A model generated the notes under the pieces. That model was not told where the DNA came from. It ran no database searches and was given only the letters and a program-made list of their open reading frames with translations. Below are positions 55,657-64,000 of a stretch of DNA of 64,000 bases, in pieces. The translations under genes were made by a program, and so were the position numbers. Each line of letters starts with the position of its first letter. Position 1 is the first letter of the stretch. This stretch comes from a virus, in IMG/VR virus record IMGVR_UViG_3300023035_000005, positions 64,001-128,000 of that record. One strand, 5' to 3'.

Positions 55657-57239
55657 CATCATATTGATTATGCTTCAAAGGTTTACCCTTTTTTATAGGT
55701 TATATTTTTATTAAAAGTATTAGATTATTTAGTTAATTTTTTCTTTATTCTACATATTTTCTACTAGTTTTGAATTGTTTTTTTTTGGTAAACCGTTCCC
55801 TTGGGGCCCTGGAAGGGGGGCCCCTTCCAGGGCCCCAAGGGGAACCGAAGTCAGGCATACTATTTTGTCCTTGGAATGTAAATTTAACGAGTTATAAAAA
55901 TTCGAATAGTGAATTGATTTATTAAATCAAATATGTTTTAATTGGTTGTCTTCGTCTCCTCCTGCCATACTTCGTTAGGCTACGAAGTATGGCAGGCAGG
56001 AGGAAGGCAGTGGCAGGCCAAGCCAGCTCGACAAAAAATTTTAAATTACAACTAATATGTATAACTAACTTAAATAAACAACTAAAAACAAGTAATAATT
56101 TTAGAGGCACGCCCCTAATTTAAAATATCTTTTTAGGTACGCACAAAATATAACTTATCAAAAGGGTAAGTATTTGCAACATAAATTTATATGTTGGACC
56201 ATATCTTTAAACACCAGTGGGGTGCTGCGTGTGAAACGCAGCGGGGTCCCACAGGTTCCAGCCGCCTTAAAGGCGGCGGCCGGAACTAAATTTAATCATA
56301 ATTATTTCATTTATTCATAATGATATTTCAACTTTTAGCTAGTAAGGACTTTTCAGGTGCAATATGAGCTTTCATACCTTTCAATACATAAAATTTAGGT
56401 ATTAAATGTAATCGATTATTTTTAGCAGATCTTGAAGGACATTTTTTAAAATATTCGATTAGATTAAGTATATCTTCTTTCTTAGTTACATATCACTTAA
56501 AGGAACCCTGCCCACCTCTATCAATATAAACATAACCACCATATAATTCTACTAAAGGTGTAAGTATTTCAGAAGTCTTTTGACCCGCTGAAATAGATAG
56601 TTGTCAAGTAGAATTATTAATAGAAACAGAACCATCTGCATCCCAAAATCCGGATAATCAACCGTTATTTAAGGTTAATTTTTCAGGGTATTTTAAAGTT
56701 ATGTCATATTTAACACAAATATAATTTAATTGTATTAATCTAATAGGGTTTCTTATCTCCCCATTTATATCGTTAATAAGCTTTAGTAAACCTTGTTTAT
56801 TATGTAATCTATATCTTAAAGCACTAACACCTGATCTTAATTTGATTGAACCACCGTAAATATTTTTTACAGCTTGTATAGCTCTTTCATCTCTAATATC
56901 CATAGTAATCTCTAAGCTTGCATAACCTTTTTTAGATAATAAAAAACAACCATCACCATCTATTAATCCTGCTAATCACTGTTTATATCTTAAATTTTTA
57001 TATGAATTGTTATTTAAATAATGAATTCTCTTTTGGTTGTTTAACAAACGTATGGCCTCTGAAGTTCCTACTTGCGTGCTAAGCGCGTTGGTTACTTGCG
57101 AATTATCGTAAATTTCTGGGATTTTTACTATTACGGTATACAATAAAATATAACTTATGCTAATAGTACCTAGTAAATATAAAACGAACTCCTCGCTTAT
57201 AGTTTGTTGCGATAAATTAAAATTTAAGGGCCACATTTG
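55657..57239 (-). mobile_element. cox1-720 group I intron with in-frame LAGLIDADG ORF (56292-57239)
   Basis: WLAGLIDGDG, WLSGFWDADG. Confidence 0.88.
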
Positions 57240-57250
57240 ACCAAAGAATC
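57240..57250 (-). CDS. cox1: cox1 11-nt exon (WFFG)
   Basis: G|GATTCTTTGGT|. Confidence 0.88.
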
Positions 57251-60200
57251 CATTTCTTCAAATTTAACTTACCATTCTTATTGATGTTCTCTTGTTAAAT
57301 CCCGGTACCATGATTTATGGGCTTGTGTATATACATGTTAAAATATATATAGGAGAAACCGACTGTACATTGAGCAGCATTTCAGCCACCCACTAGTGAC
57401 CCAGTCTGTAGCGGTCACTTAAATAACCGACGGTCTTTAAATGAGAAAATTTATTGACCGTTAACACTAGCATTGCTAATATAAATAAACTAAATTTCCT
57501 TATATTAACTAAAATCTAAAATACTTATAGTTAACATGAACAACAATATACACTTAACAGTATATACATTGAACTTAAGAGTTGCAAATAGCTGTAGTTA
57601 TATATTAACTAAGTTTAAGGTATATTCTTTATTTTGCGAGCTTCTCCTACGTAGTCAGGAGCCTGCCATACTTCGTTAGGAGGAGTCCTTGTTTTAGCCC
57701 TTAGTCCGCTTACGGGCGTGCTGGGCCTTAAAAAAAATATATTGTTTTTTTTTATAAATTTTTATATTCATAAAAATCGCCAGGGGGCAGCGGAGCTGGA
57801 GCCGGTAAAAAAACTAGAATTATTTGCTCTTTTAGATCTTATATATATTTTTACATCTGTCTTAAGAGCTTCATAACTTGCACGTTAAACCTTAACTTGT
57901 TTTCCCTTATATCTTAATCAAATTTATTTATTAATCTGGATTTTTCTATCATTTCTATTCTTTTAACTGGGTCTAAATGACGTTTATTTAACAAATCAGT
58001 ATGCATTTCTTTTCAGAAATTATAGGAAATAGCTTTTTTAGAACATAATGTATGTTTATCAAAGTAAGGAAATATGTTTTTACAATTTTGTACTCCTCCT
58101 ATTCTATATTCATTTACATTATCAGCTGAATGTTTAGATACAATTCCTGCATTAAATAAAACGCACAAATGTTGTAATATTGCTATATTTTCTTCTCATT
58201 TTTGAGATATATTGAAATTAAAGCTAAACCCTTTATCTTTTCCAATAGAACAAGTGAAACAACCTTCAGCGTCCGTAAATCCTGTTAGTCAACTATCTTT
58301 TAAACTAGGTAAAATGTCTCTATGTTTTAATTCTATAGGATCTAATCTTATTCTACCTTTAGTTACTCAATTATTAAACCCTTTAACGAAGTTTTCAAAT
58401 TTGGTTTTTCTACTAGGCAAAATAATATTACCATTAAATAAATGAACGATTAATTCTATTTCCTTTTTATTTTGTGTAACATATCTGCTAGTATTAGCAG
58501 ATTGTGGAATTACTTTACCAAACCCTAATGTTTCATTTATGAATTCTAAAACTTTAATATCAATATTACCTTGTGTAATAACAAAGACAAGATCACCTCT
58601 ATTGTTTACAATAAAAGATCCTTCACCTTCAGTAAATCCTATAAATCAACTTAAAAATTTATATGATGGAGGAGTAATATTAGGTAAAGATAAAGAAAAT
58701 TTATCATAAAAATTCGAAAATTGAAAATTTTCTGTTACAGTGATGTAGTTACAATTTAGTAAAGAATTAGATGATTTGTTAAAAACATAGCCTAGTGATA
58801 AAGAAAAAATAAAGATAGGAACTAAATATATATTTTTTAAGATATATCTTGCACTTCCTCAAAAATTAGTATGGAAGAAGTCGACTGTACATTAAGCAGC
58901 ATTTCAGCCACCCACAGGTGAACCAGTCTGTAGTGGTCAGGTAGATAACCAACGGTCTTACTTATAATTAGCTTTGACCGTGCCACCCGCATAGCTATAT
59001 AAATATAGTGATTATATGTAATTTATATTTATACTTATCCATATGATAAATAATCCTTTTTAATAAAAAAAATGTTTTTTCTATTATCATCTAATTTCTT
59101 CTACCAGTTTGTTTAGATTTAAGGATTATAACTAGATAGTAGTATCTTTTTTGATAGGGCATACACTAGAATAAGTATATTAAATTAGGCATTACCCAAA
59201 CAAGAATAGATTAAATAATATAGTCTTTTTGATATAAATATCTAAAAATTCATAAATTTCTTTTTATGAATAGCATCTGCTATATTATCACAAACTACTT
59301 TATATTTTTAACCTCTACTTTTAAATATAAAGTATATAGTCTCACAACTAACTACTACCTTAACTTTTCCTATTAAATATCGTACTCCTGAATAAAAATC
59401 TTAGGGTGCAAGCTTTCCTGTGAAGGATCACCTGCTAAGTCCTAATAAGTATTATTTTTATAAAATATATTTACAGTTTTAGATAATTCTCTCTTTATCA
59501 ATTTTTTGTATTTAATTATCCTACTTATAAATAGCCGCGGTTTAAGTACAATACAAGGGTTTATTCCCCCTTATATATCTATCCCAAGTTCACCACTAAT
59601 AAAACGCTTAAATTAATTAGCGCTTATATAAAGGATTAATAAAAAAACCATGTCACTTAGGTGTAAATAATAACCCTCTTTCCCCCGTCAACGAAGCAGA
59701 TTCCAGCCCGCTGTATGTAATATACAAGGGCAGCTGGAACTGACAAATTATTAACTACTTTAAAATAAACCCTTATACCTAATATGTTGTAAATATTCCG
59801 GTACTAAAAACCTAACAAAACCCAAGAAGATATTATGGTACCTTAAAAGCTTATCTTATTCACTGTATTTATTTACAGTTTTAGATAAACTTATCAACTT
59901 TTGTCTTTGTATTACATCCAAATGTTCTTTTTCGCTTATTGAGTTACGAATTTGCTTTCATAATAAATAACTAGAAGCTTTCTTAGTCAAGAATGTGAAG
60001 TTAAAACCATCAAAATAATTAATAAGAACTAAACTATCAGACAAACCACTAACTTTATAATACCAGATGTTGTCAAAATAATGTTCAGAAACTTTACCTA
60101 CTTTGAAAAGTTGAACGAATTTATCTAAAACTATTTCTTTACTATCTGCTCCTTTTTGTGCTAAGTCAAAGGACAGTTGATAAGAGTTATTCTTTTCAGA

Positions 60201-60895
60201 AAACCCTACATGAAAACAACCCTCAGCGTCTATAAAACCAATTAATCAGCTATCATCCAAAGATATTTCCTTTGTATAATTTAAGGGTTGAATATCTTGA
60301 TAAATATCTGTAGTTAGTTCAAATTCTTTAAGGGATTTAAGTGCACGACCTCTAGACTTTTTAATACTCACATTTAAATTTTTTAAAAATTCATTAAAAG
60401 ATCTAAGTTTATCAGGTGTTCTAATATTACCGTTAAATATTAAAGAAATTAGATACAAACCTAATTTGTCTTGTATTACAAAACGAGAAGTAGTTTTTCC
60501 TTGAGTTATAACTTTACCCATATTAAGCTCTTTTTGTATATAGTCTAAAACTTGCTTATCTCGAGAATCTTGAGTAATAACAAAATGAAGATCACCTCTT
60601 TTAGCACAAATAAAAGACCCATCACCCTCACTAAACCCTATAAATCAATTTAAAAAGTCAATACTGGGTTGTTTAAATTTACCATAACATTTAGAATTTA
60701 ATTCGTAATATCTCTCAAAGTCATTTTTTGTTGTCCCTTCTGTAACGGTAGAAAAGGACCTTCGGCTTACATTAATAAGTAACAATTTTCCCTCACTGAA
60801 CGAAGGAGAAAACTCAGTGGGAAAGGCAAAGGAAAGATAAAGAGATATTGCACTAAAACAAAATAATACCTGATATTTAATTCAGGTGCATAGTA
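57251..60895 (-). mobile_element. cox1-709 composite group I intron (two ID-like cores, two LAGLIDADG ORFs: 59856-60895 and 57914-~58855)
   Basis: Duplicate CTACAGACTGG...GGCTGAAATGCTGC...ATGTACAGTCG cores at 58880-58990 and 57358-57470. Confidence 0.87.
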
Positions 60896-60989
60896 AGAAA
60901 AGATGCTGGAATAGAATAGGATCACCACCACCAGCTGTTTCAAAGAAAGATGTATTAAAATTACGGTCTGTTAATACCATTGTTATTCC
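60896..60989 (-). CDS. cox1: cox1 exon (616-709)
   Basis: [31 protein letters not shown]. Confidence 0.96.
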
Positions 60990-63224
60990 CTAATATATCT
61001 TGATCTACTAGACCAGGTCTCATGACAATAACGTCTCAAAATACAATTAAGGTAGATACTTAATATGTTACCATATTAATGGGACTATATATTATTTGTA
61101 TAAGTTATAAAAATTACCTAAATGATCTCAATTAAATTCTGTTCTTTTATTATTCATTTTTGATTTTATTTCAATTATAGCTTTTATAGATTCTGGTTTA
61201 GTATTTGATTTGTTTTCAAAATATGTTAATACTTTTCTTCAATCTCTATAATTTAAGTATTTACTTGAAAATAACGGATAACTTTATAAATAATCTACTA
61301 ATATTAAGAGCGGATCCTTCGGAGCCTCCATTTAAACTTGTAGTTCTTACTCTGTATTCAGGATTAGGTTTATCACCTCTAACCTCTTTAACAGTAGTAG
61401 ATAGTAAATCTGCAATTAAACTTAAATATTCATAATTATTTTCATTATTATGATCATTTTGTCTTTGCGAAACTTCAAATTTACATTCCATTTTAGGGTA
61501 TTTTGAAACAGTAGTAGTTCTAACTGAAAAGTGTCCATCAGCATCTATAAATCCTGCTAATCAGCTATTATCTTTTATATTACTTTTATCTTTTATTTTT
61601 TTCTCTATACTTAAATCAAATTTAATATTTAAGAAATCGATTAATTTATATAAAGCATTAATTTTAGGTGTTCTCATATAACCATTTATTATATTAACTA
61701 CAAGAATTATACCTTCATAGTTATTAATTGTTAATACATAAGCATTCACCCCTTTTTTTCTAGAGATTGACCCATGACTTAATTTTTGTTGTATTATTAA
61801 ACCCAAAGGTAGATCTCTTAAATCAAAAACTATTTGTATCGAAGGGTAGTACAATTTACCTTTAGGCGATCTTTCTGTTTTAGGTACTATTATAGATCCA
61901 TCTCCCTCTATTAAACCGGTTATATAACTAGCAAAATTTTTATTAAACTTGTAATTTTTATAGGTATTTTGGTGTTTTTTAGACGTACCTCTAGAGGTAT
62001 TTAGATATTTTTTATTTTCATAGTAAAAGAGCTTTGGCGTATAGTCTCTGAAGATCCTTAATAAGTTTAAACTTATTAAGTTTCCTGCTGATAAAGATAT
62101 AATAAATGTAAATATGTATAACTCTTCCCAGCAAATAGCCAAATTTAAAGCCGGCAGAACTTTACCGGCTTTAAATTTATATCTTTTAATTAATTTTAAA
62201 GTCTAGTAGATACTCAATATGTCACCATATTGTTGGGACTATATCTTATTTATGTAATAACCTTAAAAATTATACATAAATTTTACCGTTTAGTCTCTGA
62301 AGACTTAGTAATAATATTATTACTAATTCCTGCTGATCGAGTTAGATTTAACTTTTTCCAGCAATTTGGTAAATTTAAAGCGGGCGGAATAGGTTTAATA
62401 TTTATAAACACTAAAATGCAAAATACAAAGGTAACGCGGCTTTTCTTTAATAATATATAACCTCTTAAAGACGGCTTTACGAAACATTAAAAGTTTTATT
62501 ACTTTGCTTCATAAGATCCTCTTAACTTTAATTTATATTCAAAGTGAGGAATTATATAAGGACTAACTAAATTTTTAAACTTTTCCCAAGAATCCTTTTT
62601 AATATAAATCATATATTGCTTATTTCCTTCCGCAGGGATGAAGCGCCCTTTGGATTTAGAACTCATTCGCGTATGTATTGAACAATTTAGATCAAATTTA
62701 GTTTTTAATGCCTTAACTAATAATTCAACTTCTGGTAATGTAAAATAATTTACATGTAATACAAACCCAGAACGATCTGCTGTACCATCATCCATTGCTC
62801 AATAAGCAAGAGATCTAGCAGTAATCAGCTCTATAATATTTTGAGGTACTATTTTTCTACCTTCTTTATAAAATAAATCATAGAAGTAATTAAAAGCCTC
62901 ATAAGTCAACGTATCAAAAAATATAGACTGATGAGTTTTATTTTGAAGCTGAGCATCTTTAATTTTAGGTGTCATTTTACAGAATTCTTGAAATAAAGTA
63001 TAAAGGTGAAGGATATAATCCTGATGTTTAATACTTTGTTTAAAGTGCAAAGAAGTATTTTTGGCTCTTTTACGTATATAAAGATCACCCAAGACTAAAC
63101 CTATTATGATCTCTTTTAAATCTGAAGGTATTTCTTCTAAAGTTAAATTTTTAGGTTGTTTGTTTAAAGAAAGGGGGATAAGGCTTGAATTTAAAACATG
63201 GGAAATTAATAAGTATATTAGTTC
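60990..63224 (-). mobile_element. cox1-615 composite group I intron (two IB-like cores; LAGLIDADG ORFs 62499-63224 and ~61110-62142, the latter frameshifted)
   Basis: Core 1 at 62230-62380; core 2 P/Q/R at 62035-62140 with S at 61081-61093. Confidence 0.87.
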
Positions 63225-63346
63225 ACCCGCTAGGACAGGTAAAGATAATAATAATAATACAGCGGTAATAACTACAGCTCATCCAAATAAAGCTAATTTG
63301 TGTAATTTTATACCAGGAGTTCTCATATTAACTATTGTAGTTATGA
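63225..63346 (-). CDS. cox1: cox1 exon (494-615)
   Basis: [40 protein letters not shown]. Confidence 0.96.
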
Positions 63347-64000
63347 CACTAAATAATGTAATTTCTTACATTTTGTGGACTATCTCTTCAGCAAACCGAA
63401 AGCTCGGTTTGGTGTAAAACGTATAGTCTCTGAGGATCCTACTCGTAATAAAGGTAATTACCCTTGGCTACGCCACCCAGCAGAGCTTCGCTCCGCGTAG
63501 GGATTATTTTGGTTTCCTGCTGATTGTCCTTTGTTACATCCATTAAGATTTTCACTATTCAAAGTACTTAAGGCTTTAGGAGTTCCCAGCATACAGTTTT
63601 AATTTTATATAAATCTCATTTCTTTGTTGCTAATTAATATTTATTAATTCTTTACAGTTTTACAAATATAACCTTTATATGATAGATCTGTATTTAAACG
63701 TTTTACTAATGTCTTTTGAGAAGCAGAAAATCCTTTACTTTTTAAGAAATCAATACATTGTCCTAAACTTTCAAATAAAAGTTCTTCCTTACTTATTATA
63801 TCTATTAATAAAATGGCTTTACTTGAACCATTAACAGGCTTTTCTTTATTAAATTTTACTCTGTCTCTTTTTAACATTAAAGCTATTTCAGCTAAAGTCA
63901 TATCAGATGACCTAGCAGTAGAAACCCTTTCTCTTAAGAATAAATATTTACCTAAGTAATAAGTACCTTTTGTAAGGTGTTTAGTGAATGTCAAATGACT
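63347..64000 (-). mobile_element. cox1-493 group I intron (3' part) with C-terminus of a probable GIY-YIG ORF (63644->64000)
   Basis: IB-like core at 63375-63600; NUMOD1-like FESLGQCIDFL tail. Confidence 0.85.

Overview
This window is part of an AT-rich fungal (ascomycete, Sordariomycete-like gene order) mitochondrial genome read with genetic code 4 (TGA=Trp), so the supplied ORF track splits most genes. Everything recognisable is on the minus strand, in transcription order: 3' two-thirds of cox1 (10 group I introns in view) - duplicated cox1 terminal exon with a long ORF - tRNA - nad1 (3 introns) - nad4 (1 intron) - atp8 - atp6 (3 introns) - free LAGLIDADG gene - a displaced second atp6 fragment whose intron carries two integrated Fiji/LaBelle-type (TTD) plasmid DNA polymerase genes. 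About 30 LAGLIDADG/GIY-YIG homing endonuclease genes (HEGs) or remnants are present, many nested, plus GC-rich mobile repeats. The most striking structure is in atp6 intron 572. Its four GIY-YIG ORFs are each preceded by an in-frame copy of the intron's 3' splice-site/P9 motif, and two of them are inserted at the same codon of the catalytic motif of the other two. Also notable: two alternative cox1 last exons, each with its own ribozyme core and a different C-terminal tail (one ending in a CxxC...CxxC finger); a trnR-type tRNA with a UAA anticodon; a 3-nt cox1 exon. Boundaries were read by eye; intron subgroup calls and all splicing predictions are unverified.
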